Source: Spirochaetia bacterium
Lineage (GTDB): Bacteria > Spirochaetota > Spirochaetia > SZUA-6 > Bin103
Reading direction: 5' to 3'
Assembly (NCBI GenBank): GCA_965203055.1
Contig: OZ241863.1
Span: forward strand, 3,360,001-3,424,000
Length of the DNA stretch: 64,000 nt
Part shown: in pieces, positions 19,167-29,099 of the stretch
Position numbering within the stretch: the stretch's first letter is position 1
Layout: each line of letters opens with the position of its first letter
Notes under the pieces: generated by a model
What the model was told of the DNA's origin: nothing
Seen by the model: the letters and a program-made list of their open reading frames with translations, nothing else
The model's database searches: none
Position numbers and translations under genes: made by a program

Positions 19167-19184
19167 ACCTGCAAGGAGGCAGCG

Positions 19185-19223
19185 GCGCATGACGGGAACG
19201 GCCGGCCCGCTTCCCTCATGCGC
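19185..19223 (+). terminator. Intercistronic stem-loop after the binding-protein gene
   Basis: GCGCATGA-C-GGGAA ... TTCCC-TCATGCGC. Confidence 0.5.
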
Positions 19224-19316
19224 CCGCCCGTCCCGGCGGCGGCCCGCGCCCGACCGACAGGCGCAAGGCAGCCGCCGGCGGCCGGCCGGCGCGCCGCTTC
19301 CTCGACCGCCGACTGC

Positions 19317-20095
<779 letters not shown>

Positions 20096-20099
<4 letters not shown>

Positions 20100-20800
20100 G
20101 TCTGCTGGAAGGCGCGGAGCTGACCGGCGGCTACGGCGGCCCCGACATCCTGCGCGGCTGCTCGCTGGCCGTGGACAAGGGGGAGATCGCGGTGGTGGTG
20201 GGACCCAACGGCGCCGGCAAGTCGACCGCCATGAAGGCGCTGTTCGGGCTGCTGCGGCTCCGCGCCGGCAGCGTGCTCCTCGACGGCAAGGACATCACGG
20301 CGCTGACTCCCCCGGCGCGGGCGCGCCGCGGCATGGGCTTCGTGCCGCAGAACGAGAACGTGTTCCGCTCGCTGACGGTGCAGGAGAACCTGGAGATGGG
20401 GGCGTTCCTGCGCGGCGACGACATTGCCGGCACCATGAACGACGTGTATCACCTGTTCCCGGTGCTGCGCGAGAAGCGGCGCCAGCCGGCGGGCGAGCTG
20501 TCCGGCGGCCAACGCCAGCAGGTGGCCATTGGCCGCGCCCTGATGAACCGGCCGCGGGTGCTGATGCTCGACGAACCCACCGCCGGCGTTTCGCCCATCG
20601 TCATGCGCGAGCTGTTCGAACGCATCATCGACATCGCGCACGGCGGGGTGGCGGTGCTGATCGTCGAACAGAACGCGCGCCAGGCGCTGGAGTTGGCGGA
20701 CACGGGATACGTCCTGGTGCAGGGCCGCAACCGGCACACCGGTGCCGGCGCGGCGTTGCTGGCGAACCCCGAAATCCGCCGCTCGTTTCTCGGAGGGTAA
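20096..20800 (+). CDS. ABC transporter ATP-binding protein (LivF-like)
   Basis: GPNGAGKST, LSGGQRQ, LDEP, VEQN. Confidence 0.93.
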
Positions 20801-20803
20801 CCG

Positions 20804-21817
20804 GTGCAGGACGCCGTCAACGCCGTGGTGCTGCTTACCAACTTCCTGGTCGTCCCGGCCGCAGTCTACGGGTGCCAGCTCGCGCTCGGCGCGCTCGGCG
20901 TTACCCTGGTGTACGGCGTGCTGCGCTTCTCCAACTTCGCGCACGGCGAGATCATGGCGTTCGGCGCCATGATCACCATCCTGGGCACCTGGCTGCTGCA
21001 GTCCTGGGAGGTGGGAATCGCGCCGTTGCCGACCGCGTTGCTGGCCCTGCCGGTCGCGATCGCGTTTACCGGCGGCCTGTGTCTGCTCTCCGACCGCTGG
21101 GTGTATCGCTTCTACCGGCGCAAGAAGGCGCAGCCGGTCATCTTCCTGGTGGCCTCGGTGGGCGTGATGTTCGTGCTCAACGGGCTGATCCGCTTCATCA
21201 TCGGCCCCGACGACCAGGTGTTCACTGACGGGACGCGGTTTCTGGTCAACGCGCGCCAGTTCAAGGCGGCCACCGGGCTCGCCGAGGGCCTTGCGATCAA
21301 GACCACGCAGACGATCACCGTCGCGGTAACGATAATCCTGGTGCTGTGGCTGTTCTGGTTCCTAGGCCGCACGCGCACCGGCAAGTCGATGCGCGCCTAC
21401 TCGGACAACGAGGACCTGGCCCTGCTGTCCGGCATCAACCCGGAACGGGTGGTGGCGGTCACCTGGCTGATCGTCGGCGCCCTGGCGGCGGTGGCGGGCA
21501 CGTTGTACGGCCTGGACAAGAGCTTCAAGCCGTTCACCTTCCTGTCGCTGCTGCTGCCGATCTTCGCCGCCGCCATCGTCGGCGGCCTGGGAAGTCCGCT
21601 CGGCGCCATCGCGGGGTCGTTCGTGGTAGCCTTCTCGGAGGTGTTGCTCACCTATCCCTACAAGAAGTTCCTGAGCTATCTGGGGCCGGAGGGCTGGCGG
21701 CCGGAGGGCCTGGTGCAGCTGCTGGCCACCGACTACAAGTTCGCCGTCTCGTTCTTCATCCTGGTGGTGGTGCTGCTGGTGCGGCCCACCGGCATCTTCA
21801 GCGGCAAGTCGACGTGA
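20804..21817 (+). CDS. Branched-chain amino acid ABC permease (LivH-like)
   Basis: ALGVTLVYGVLRFSNFAHGE, AAIVGGLGS, RPTGIF. Confidence 0.92.
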   Translation: MQDAVNAVVLLTNFLVVPAAVYGCQLALGALGVTLVYGVLRFSNFAHGEIMAFGAMITILGTWLLQSWEVGIAPLPTALLALPVAIAFTGGLCLLSDRWVYRFYRRKKAQPVIFLVASVGVMFVLNGLIRFIIGPDDQVFTDGTRFLVNARQFKAATGLAEGLAIKTTQTITVAVTIILVLWLFWFLGRTRTGKSMRAYSDNEDLALLSGINPERVVAVTWLIVGALAAVAGTLYGLDKSFKPFTFLSLLLPIFAAAIVGGLGSPLGAIAGSFVVAFSEVLLTYPYKKFLSYLGPEGWRPEGLVQLLATDYKFAVSFFILVVVLLVRPTGIFSGKST

Positions 21818-23145
21818 GCGGCGCTCTGACCGGCGCGGCCGCGCGGATTCCCCGCAAGCCGGCCCTGTTCGCGGTGATGGCGGCGCTCATCTGCCTGGTG
21901 GGCCTGCTGCAAAGCTGGTCGCTGGCGCTGGCAATCCTCAACCTGTGCCTGATCTCGGCCATCATGACGCTCGGCGTGAACATCCAGTGGGGCTACGCCG
22001 GCCTGTTCAACGCCGGCATCATGGGCTTCGCCGCGATCGGCGGACTGGCCGGCGTGCTGGTGTCGATGCCGCCGGTGGCGGCCGCCTGGCGCGCCGGCGG
22101 CGCCGGCGTACTGGTGGCGCTGGGGATGGCGGCGCTGGCCGTCGTCGGGGTGCTCTTCCTGCGCCGCCGCATCCGGCATCCGGTCTACCGCCGGCTGGCG
22201 GTGGGCCTGCTGCTGGTCGGCGGCTACGCCGCGGCGCGGGCCGTGTTCGGGCCGGCGGTGGAGGCAATCGAAGCGGTGGACCCCACCACTACCGGCTATC
22301 TCGGCGGGTTCGGCCTGCCCATCGTCCTGTCGTGGCTGGTGGGCGGCGCGCTGGCCGCCGGAGCCGCCTGGATCTGCAAGATCAGCCTCAGCCTGCGGTC
22401 CGACTATCTCTCCATCGCCACCCTCGGCATCTCCGAGATCATCGTCGCGTTCCTCAAGTACGAGGAGTGGCTCACCCGCGGCGTGAAGAACGTCAACGGC
22501 CTGCCGCGTCCGGTGCCGTACGAGGTAGACCTGCAGAACGCGGTGTGGTTCCGGGAGTGGGCCGCCAGTCTCGGCGCGGCGCCCGTGGAGCTGTCGTCGA
22601 TCGTGGTGAAGCTCTGCTACGCCGGCCTGTTCCTGCTCGCGCTGGTCATTCTGATGTGGCTTTCCGAAACCGCGCTGCGGTCGCCGTGGGGGCGGATGAT
22701 GCGCGCGGTGCGCGACAACGAAGAGGCCGCCCGCGCCATGGGCAAGGACGTCACCGCCCGCCACCTGCAGGTGTTCGTCCTGGGCTCGGCGGTAATCGGC
22801 ATCGCCGGCGCCATGCTGACCACCCTCGACGGACAGTTCACCCCCGCCTCCTACCAGCCGATGCGCTTCACCTTTCTGATCTGGGTAATGGTGATCGTGG
22901 GCGGCTCCGGCAACAACTGGGGCGCCCTCCTCGGCGGCTTCGTGATCTGGTTCTTCTGGGTGCAGGCCGAACCGATCGGGCTGCGCCTGATGGAGCTGGT
23001 CACCGCCTCGCTGGCTGCCGACAGCTCGCTCAAGGCCCATCTCCTGGGCAGCGCCGCGCACATGCGTCCGGTAGTCATGGGCATGGTGCTGCTGCTCGTC
23101 CTGCGCTTCGCCCCGCGCGGCCTGATCCCCGAAGACCGCCGCTGA
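21814..23145 (+). CDS. Branched-chain amino acid ABC permease (LivM-like)
   Basis: LGVNIQWGYAGLFNAG, LRSDYLSIATLG, VIVGGSGN, PRGLIP. Confidence 0.92.
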   Translation: MSGALTGAAARIPRKPALFAVMAALICLVGLLQSWSLALAILNLCLISAIMTLGVNIQWGYAGLFNAGIMGFAAIGGLAGVLVSMPPVAAAWRAGGAGVLVALGMAALAVVGVLFLRRRIRHPVYRRLAVGLLLVGGYAAARAVFGPAVEAIEAVDPTTTGYLGGFGLPIVLSWLVGGALAAGAAWICKISLSLRSDYLSIATLGISEIIVAFLKYEEWLTRGVKNVNGLPRPVPYEVDLQNAVWFREWAASLGAAPVELSSIVVKLCYAGLFLLALVILMWLSETALRSPWGRMMRAVRDNEEAARAMGKDVTARHLQVFVLGSAVIGIAGAMLTTLDGQFTPASYQPMRFTFLIWVMVIVGGSGNNWGALLGGFVIWFFWVQAEPIGLRLMELVTASLAADSSLKAHLLGSAAHMRPVVMGMVLLLVLRFAPRGLIPEDRR

Positions 23146-23249
23146 CGACGACACGGTGGGGCGCACTTCCAAAAATGGGGGTAAGCGTCGGGCCGCTTGG
23201 CGGCCAAGCTCAAAGTCCCAGTGTAGATGACGTTTCTCGGCGATCTTGA

Positions 23250-24611
23250 TCACCGGTCTACCGGCGCCTGACGATCCTCGCCGGGGCGGTCGAATCCGGC
23301 GCCGGCGTGGCGGTAGCGGTGATGGGCGGCGCACAGCAGGCGGAGATTGTTCGGCTCGGCGGCGCCGCCGCAGGCATACGGCACCACGTGATCGATCTGC
23401 AGCAGGTGTTGGGAGCCGCAACGGCGCCCGCTGGTGCGGTCCACGTAGCGGCAGCGGCCCTGGTCGCGCCGCCACACCTCGCGCTTGACCGCCGCCGGGA
23501 TGGCGCGGCCGGTCACGCCCGGCTTCGCTGCCGAAGTCCGGGTCCGCGGCGGCGCCGCCGGCTGCGCGCACGCCGCAGCCTGCCGGTCGAGGCGCCGCGT
23601 CTTCGGCGCCGAAGTTATGTCGCCCCCCGGCTTCGCTGCCGAAGTGTCCGGGCGGTCAGCGGCTTCGTCTCCCGGCTGCGCCGCCGCCTGAGCCGATGCC
23701 TTCGCCCCCGAAGGAACGGCGCTGTCCGCGCTGGCCTCTTGCTTCGCTGCCGAAGCGGCTCCGCGAGCCGAGGCCGCCTGCGTCTTCGGCGCCGAAGTTT
23801 GCTCGGCGCCTTTGGCCGGCGCGGCGCGCCGCCCGCGCGGCGGCCGGGCCGGGTCGTGGCGGTCGAGCCCTTCCCGCACCAGCCGCCCCATGAGCTGCCC
23901 CATCGTCAGGTGCGGATCGACGTGCGACAGGAGGCCCTGGAGCCGCTCCAAGCCGCGCCGGCACTCATCGTCGATCACCGCCTTGAGCTCCCAGCGCCCG
24001 CCGCCCAGGGGCCGCACCCGCTCCGCCGGCGCCGCCAGCTCCGGGTCCACCTCGGCCAGCAACTGCGTCACCTCCCGGCTGCTCTTGCCGGACGCCTGCT
24101 CCACCAGCTCCCGCCGCGCCTCCGCGTCCAGCACCGGCGGCGCCGCCGCCGCCGGCTTCCGCTCCGCCGGCCGCGGCGGCGCCGAGCCCTCCTGCGACTG
24201 AGCGGCAGCCCCGAACCCGGTCCCGCGCGGCGCGCTACGCGCCGCGCGTTCCTTCTTGCGCTCCTGCCGGTCGAAGGCGTTCTGCAACTGCGCCGCCGCG
24301 TTCAGCGTCATCGTGCCATTCTGCAGGCGCTCCCGCACGCCCTCGACGTCCGCGCAGAGGCGCATCGCCTTGATGCGCCGCCACGCCGCGGCGTCGCTGT
24401 AGCCCAACTCACGCACCGCGTAATCGAACAGACTCGAGAACCCGCGCCGCAGGTACAGACGCCGCTTCTGAATCTCGCGCAGGTGGTCGATCACGACCAC
24501 TTCGAGATGGTGTTCGATGCCGGACAGTTCCTTGGTCCGCTCCAACAGGCGGTCGTCTGAGAGGGCGGATACGGTAGTGGTGACGGCCCCGTCTGAACCC
24601 TGTTTGTACAT
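23250..24611 (-). CDS. HNH endonuclease with a DUF222-like N-terminal helical region and a low-complexity linker
   Basis: GFSSLFDYAVRELGYS N-terminal motif; VWRRDQGRCRY...C...IDHVVP...GG...NNLRLLCAAHH. Confidence 0.88.
   Translation of the reverse strand: MYKQGSDGAVTTTVSALSDDRLLERTKELSGIEHHLEVVVIDHLREIQKRRLYLRRGFSSLFDYAVRELGYSDAAAWRRIKAMRLCADVEGVRERLQNGTMTLNAAAQLQNAFDRQERKKERAARSAPRGTGFGAAAQSQEGSAPPRPAERKPAAAAPPVLDAEARRELVEQASGKSSREVTQLLAEVDPELAAPAERVRPLGGGRWELKAVIDDECRRGLERLQGLLSHVDPHLTMGQLMGRLVREGLDRHDPARPPRGRRAAPAKGAEQTSAPKTQAASARGAASAAKQEASADSAVPSGAKASAQAAAQPGDEAADRPDTSAAKPGGDITSAPKTRRLDRQAAACAQPAAPPRTRTSAAKPGVTGRAIPAAVKREVWRRDQGRCRYVDRTSGRRCGSQHLLQIDHVVPYACGGAAEPNNLRLLCAAHHRYRHAGAGFDRPGEDRQAPVDR
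23523..23797. repeat. Six CTTCG-N4-CGAAG palindromes within the HNH linker
   Basis: Copies start at 23523, 23601, 23631, 23700, 23742 and 23784; they encode SA(A/P)K or SGAK. Confidence 0.85.
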
Positions 24612-24617
24612 GACATA

Positions 24618-24646
24618 AGTATAACCATGGAAACTACTTGAGTCAA
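24618..24646 (-). promoter_or_regulatory. Near-consensus sigma70 promoter of the HNH gene, probably giving a leaderless transcript
   Basis: TTGACT-17 nt-TATACT-6 nt-ATG; palindrome ACTTGA-G-TCAAGT (24636-24648) overlaps the -35 box. Confidence 0.75.
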
Positions 24647-24716
24647 GTTTTCAGCCCGGAAGATGCCACATGCTGGCGTGACTCGGCGGCGCATTTCGAA
24701 GCGGCTGGACGTTCCT

Positions 24717-24926
24717 TCAGATGCTACTGCCGAGATGTCGCCGGCGTCGAGCGGCAGGGTTCTTCTTACGGACCCAGGCGGCCTCGTCGATCTCCTGGTC
24801 GAGGAAGAGGTCGCAGGCGGTGGAACTGTCGCTCCAGCCGCCGACGTCGAGCGCGGCGCGGTCCATGGCGGCGTGCAGCGCGGCGCGGTACTCGTAGTAC
24901 GCCTTTCCGGCGGCTTCAAGGGCGGG
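24717..24926 (-). pseudogene. Degenerate C-terminal fragment of a type IIG/IIL-like restriction-modification methyltransferase
   Basis: Manual translation PALEAAGKAYYEYRAALHAAMDRAALDVGGWSD...FLDQEIDEAAWVRKK resembles the LHAAMDRAVLDAYGW C-terminal motif. Confidence 0.6.
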
Positions 24927-24971
24927 ACAGGTACCAGCAAATTAGATTAAGAAGTGCGCCCACACGGTGGC

Positions 24972-25000
24972 TTGACCCCTCTCATCGACCGGCATAGTGT
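24972..25000 (+). promoter_or_regulatory. Putative sigma70 promoter of the kinase/ATPase triad
   Basis: TTGACC-17 nt-TAGTGT, 55 nt upstream of GTG 25056. Confidence 0.5.
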
Positions 25001-25055
25001 GCGGCCTGCGGGCAAGTGAAGGAAGCAAGCAGAAGGTACGTAATGATGGTGTACG

Positions 25056-28000
25056 GTGGATAGGGTTACCGTCATACCCTGCGGGCCGGCCGTCAACGAG
25101 AGCGAGCGCAGGGCCATCGAACGGCTCAAGGCCGGCCTCATAGGGCACAGGGGCGATGGCGTCTGGGTGCTCCTGACGAACCTTACCCTGTCCACGACCC
25201 ATCGGCTCCAATCTGACGAAATCGACATCGTGGCGATTGGCCCGCCGGGCGTCCGCGTGATCGAAGTCAAGCACTGGACGGCGTCGTGGGTACGGAAGCA
25301 CGGCGATCGCGTCGCTCAGGAAGCCGACCGCGTGACTGCCAAGGCGAAGAAGGTCGGCACCATGCTGCGCGCGAAGATGGAACAGCTTCCGCACGTGGCC
25401 GGCGTATTCCTCGTCACCGAAGTTCCGAGCAAAGTCGAGCGGCTGCCCGACGAAGTCGTTCGGGGTGTTCGCTTTCATACGTTCAAGACCTGGCGGGGTG
25501 CGGTCGGCGCCGATTCTTCGGAGGTGTTGACCCCGCAGCAGATCAGGGCGGCGGCCAGTCTGCTGGAGCCGAGGAGCGCGGTAGCCCTGCACGGCGAGTT
25601 GCGGCGGCTGGGCGGTTACGCGCGCCTGGAGTTGCAGACCGACCCGGCCGAACGATTCCATAGAATCTACCGGGGCACCCACGCTACCCGGCAGGATCGG
25701 GTGGTGTTGCATCTCTATGATCTGTCGGACTTGTCGGCTGGCGACGAGTCGAACGCGGAACACCGGGCGATGCGTGAGTTCAAGGCCCTCCACCGACTGC
25801 AACAGTACTCGTGGGCGCCGCGCATCGTCGACTCGTTTCAGGATGCGCCGGGCTATCTGGAGGAGATGAAGTTCTTCACCATGGCCGATCCGGCAGCCCC
25901 GTCTATCGCGGAACGGGCCGAAGACGACTCGTGGACCTCTCAAGCCCGTGTCAGCTTTGCCCGCGACGCCGTTCGCGCGTTGCGCGAGTTGCACGCGGCA
26001 AGCGCGGACGAAGAACCGATGTTACATCGCAATCTGACACCCCAAACGGTGCTGGTACGGTCCGACAATTCCCCGATTCTGACCGGCTTTGAATACACGA
26101 GAATTCCGACGGACGTGACCGTCGCATCCACCGGTTCGAGCGCGGCATGGGACGCATCGGCAGCGCCCGAGATCCGCTCCCAAGGCCGCGGCGCCGCGGA
26201 CCATCGATCGGACGTGTACTCCTTGTGCGCCTCGCTACGGGCGTTGTTCGCCGGAGGCGACGACGATAGCCATGCAGCCATCCGAATCCTGGACGGCGGC
26301 ACCAAGCAGGAGCCGTCCGCACGGGCCGAGCTGCCGGAACTGGACCGGGCGCTGTCGGCACTGCTGGGTGAGTCGATTCCGCCGCCGCCTCAGCCGCCCG
26401 CGCGGTTCTGGACCGAGGATCAGGTCGTGCGGTTCGCCGGAGGCGACTATCGCATCGTCGCTCGTCTCGGTTCAGGCGGCGTTGGGACCACCTTCAAGGT
26501 GGTGGAGATCGACCGCGACACGAAAGAGGACCTGGGCACCTATGTAGCCAAGGTGGTCCACGACCAGGAGACTGGCAAACGGGTCCTACGCGCGCACAGC
26601 TTGGCCCGATCGCATCTGCATCACTCGTCAGGACTGTCGAAAATCTACCAAGTCGATTCGCAGTGGCGGGATAACGGCGTCGCGGCGCTGCTGACCTGGA
26701 TCGACGGCGAGCCGCTTGATGAGTTCGCGGGACTGCTCCGCGAGCTTGCCGAGGACTCGCAGGAAGCGACCGACGAGGCGTTGGCGCTGCGCTGGTTGCA
26801 GGCGGCATGCGCGGCGCTCGGCGAGTTGCACCGCAACCGCTTGGTGCATGGCGACGTCAGTCCCCGCAACCTGATCCTGTCGGGCGCCGACGTGGTGCTG
26901 ACCGACTACGACTGCGTGACCAGGATCGATCAGCCGCTGGGGACGCCGGGCACCGTTCCGTACTGCTCGCCGTCCTGTCAGGAGGGTCTGCCGGCCGCGC
27001 CGTCCGACGACCTCTACGCGCTGGCGGCGAGCGTCTTCTTCGTCCTGTTCGCCAAGGAACCGTTTCAGTACCAGGGCGTACGGGCCAAGGACCGCGGACT
27101 GAACTGGGACGGTATACCGCGCGAGCAGTACCCGGTGCTGGCCGAATTCCTGGACCGGGCGACGGCGCCCGACCGCAGCCAACGTTACGCCACCGCCGCA
27201 GAAGCGCTCAGCGCCTTGGACTCCGCGCCCGGCGAAGGCCCGGCGGTGTCACGGGAGCCGGACGGCACGCCGCAGGAGACCGAGCCATCGCAACCGCTGG
27301 AACGGCACGAGAACGAAGTCGAGTGGCTGAAGTCGGTGCTGCAGTCCTACCCCGGTTCGCGGTGGGGCAATCGCGAGACGCGCGGGCTGGACACCGACTT
27401 CGCCGCCCACACCTACGTTGAGACATCACTGGAGCAGACGCTGTACGACGAACTTCGAGATCGGCGCGTCAGCCTCGTGGTGCTGTGCGGAAATGCCGGC
27501 GACGGCAAGACCGCGATCCTCCAACGGCTTGCCAAACGCCTGGGACTTGGCGACCACCGCTCCGCCACCCGCATCGTGAACGGTCAGACCGATGACGGCT
27601 TGACCGTGCGCATGAACCTGGACGGTTCCGCTGCGTGGGAGGGCCGCTCGGCGCATCAACTGCTGAACGAGATACTCGAACCGTTCCAGCACGGTCGCCC
27701 GGACGAGGACTGCGCTCATCTGCTGGCGATCAACGATGGCCGGCTGTTGGAGTGGATCGACGACGTGGAAGGCGATCATGATGGGCCGACGCCGTTGACG
27801 CAGGCACTCACCGACTTTCTCGAAGATCGAGATAAGTCGGATTCTCACGTGCGGTTCGTCAACCTGAACCAGCGTTCGCTCGTCGGCGGCATAGCGGCGG
27901 ACGGAAAGAGCATCGACACCCGCTTTCTCGATGACTTGGTGGACGGGCTCTACGGCGGTGAACGAGTGGCCGCCACCTGGGCTCCGTGTCGGACCTGTTC

Positions 28001-29099
28001 GGCTCAGGACCATTGCGCGGTCTTTCGCGCAGCGCGCAGCTTTGGGCCCGGCCGTCTTGCTGACGACGACGTTCGTACCCGTGCTCGGCAGCGGTTGTTC
28101 GAGGCGCTGCAGGCCGTTCACCTGCGCGGCGAAACGCATGTCACCGTACGCGAGTTGCGCGCTGCTCTGGTCTATATTCTGTTCGGCCTGCAGTACTGCA
28201 GCGACTACCACACTGCGGGGCAGGAGGCTGCGTTGCCGTACTGGGACCGTGCCTTCGACGCCGGTTCGCCCGGCCGTCAGGGTGACGTGCTGCGCGAATT
28301 GATACGCTTCGATCCTTCCCTCGATGCGCATCCGCACATCGACCGCGTGCTGCTGCACCCGCCGGAGGACGCCGGAGATAGCAGCGCGCCAAGACGCTCA
28401 GATGCTCTGCAGCCCAAGGAACGCCACGCGCAACTGGCTTCGGAGCGGCGCCGCGTATACTTCGAGTGGACTGACGAAGAGATCGTGCAGGTGGCCGGAG
28501 ACCCCGAAGCGTTGGGGCTGGCTCAAGGGCGGCACCTGCGTGAGTTCCGGGACGTGGCTATCGCCGACGACGCTGCGCTCGGCAAGCTGGCCCGGCGATT
28601 GTGCGGTGGCATTTCGCGGCTCGAAGCTCTGCCGCCGCAAGCTCTGGACGCGCGCGATGCCGTGCCGCTCCGGATCACGCCGCGCACTCCCATAGAGACG
28701 GCGTTCTGGGTGGAAAAATCGCCCGCTGCCTTCCAACTGCAACCCGACCTCCCTGCCTTCTCCGACCTGGATATCCTGCACCGTCAGGCAGCTCTGATCT
28801 ATCGCTATCGTGACGGGGGCGAGGAACGTCTGCGACTTGGCTACGATCTGTTCTCCCTGCTACTGGAGATGGAGGAAGGCTATCAGTTGGGAGACGTAGC
28901 CACCGACGACACCTTCGCTCAGCTTGCCATCTTCGTGCAGCGTCTGGTACGCGAGGACGAACGCCGCATGATGGCGTGGACCCCGATGAGGGAGGACACG
29001 ATCTACGAGCTGTCCGCCGACCTCGATGAAGCTGCCGGAGGTCCGCGGCAGCTTCTCAGAATAGACCTCCACAACAAGGACTCGGACGATGCCGAATAG
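25056..29099 (+). CDS. NERD nuclease, pseudokinase, Ser/Thr kinase and DndF-like P-loop fusion protein (MAD6-like)
   Basis: EIDIVAIG...VIEVKHW; LHRNLTPQ...TGFE (degenerate kinase); LGSGGVG...VAKV...HGDVSPRN...TDYD; LCGNAGDGKT, LAINDGRL, CRTCxxxxxC. Confidence 0.8.
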   Translation: MDRVTVIPCGPAVNESERRAIERLKAGLIGHRGDGVWVLLTNLTLSTTHRLQSDEIDIVAIGPPGVRVIEVKHWTASWVRKHGDRVAQEADRVTAKAKKVGTMLRAKMEQLPHVAGVFLVTEVPSKVERLPDEVVRGVRFHTFKTWRGAVGADSSEVLTPQQIRAAASLLEPRSAVALHGELRRLGGYARLELQTDPAERFHRIYRGTHATRQDRVVLHLYDLSDLSAGDESNAEHRAMREFKALHRLQQYSWAPRIVDSFQDAPGYLEEMKFFTMADPAAPSIAERAEDDSWTSQARVSFARDAVRALRELHAASADEEPMLHRNLTPQTVLVRSDNSPILTGFEYTRIPTDVTVASTGSSAAWDASAAPEIRSQGRGAADHRSDVYSLCASLRALFAGGDDDSHAAIRILDGGTKQEPSARAELPELDRALSALLGESIPPPPQPPARFWTEDQVVRFAGGDYRIVARLGSGGVGTTFKVVEIDRDTKEDLGTYVAKVVHDQETGKRVLRAHSLARSHLHHSSGLSKIYQVDSQWRDNGVAALLTWIDGEPLDEFAGLLRELAEDSQEATDEALALRWLQAACAALGELHRNRLVHGDVSPRNLILSGADVVLTDYDCVTRIDQPLGTPGTVPYCSPSCQEGLPAAPSDDLYALAASVFFVLFAKEPFQYQGVRAKDRGLNWDGIPREQYPVLAEFLDRATAPDRSQRYATAAEALSALDSAPGEGPAVSREPDGTPQETEPSQPLERHENEVEWLKSVLQSYPGSRWGNRETRGLDTDFAAHTYVETSLEQTLYDELRDRRVSLVVLCGNAGDGKTAILQRLAKRLGLGDHRSATRIVNGQTDDGLTVRMNLDGSAAWEGRSAHQLLNEILEPFQHGRPDEDCAHLLAINDGRLLEWIDDVEGDHDGPTPLTQALTDFLEDRDKSDSHVRFVNLNQRSLVGGIAADGKSIDTRFLDDLVDGLYGGERVAATWAPCRTCSAQDHCAVFRAARSFGPGRLADDDVRTRARQRLFEALQAVHLRGETHVTVRELRAALVYILFGLQYCSDYHTAGQEAALPYWDRAFDAGSPGRQGDVLRELIRFDPSLDAHPHIDRVLLHPPEDAGDSSAPRRSDALQPKERHAQLASERRRVYFEWTDEEIVQVAGDPEALGLAQGRHLREFRDVAIADDAALGKLARRLCGGISRLEALPPQALDARDAVPLRITPRTPIETAFWVEKSPAAFQLQPDLPAFSDLDILHRQAALIYRYRDGGEERLRLGYDLFSLLLEMEEGYQLGDVATDDTFAQLAIFVQRLVREDERRMMAWTPMREDTIYELSADLDEAAGGPRQLLRIDLHNKDSDDAE

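Larger units (their letters stand above)
23159..24961. mobile_element. TIR-bounded, TSD-flanked 1803-bp element carrying an HNH endonuclease and no recognisable transposase
   Basis: Left end GGGCGCACTTC (23159-23169), right end GAAGTGCGCCC (24951-24961); ACACGGTG directly outside both ends (23151-23158, 24962-24969). Confidence 0.8.

Noticed and set aside
25056..29099. Calling this gene pglW (BREX type 2)
   Set aside because: The C-terminal DndF-like P-loop and the two downstream partners fit MAD6/DndF-type architecture; no pglY is present
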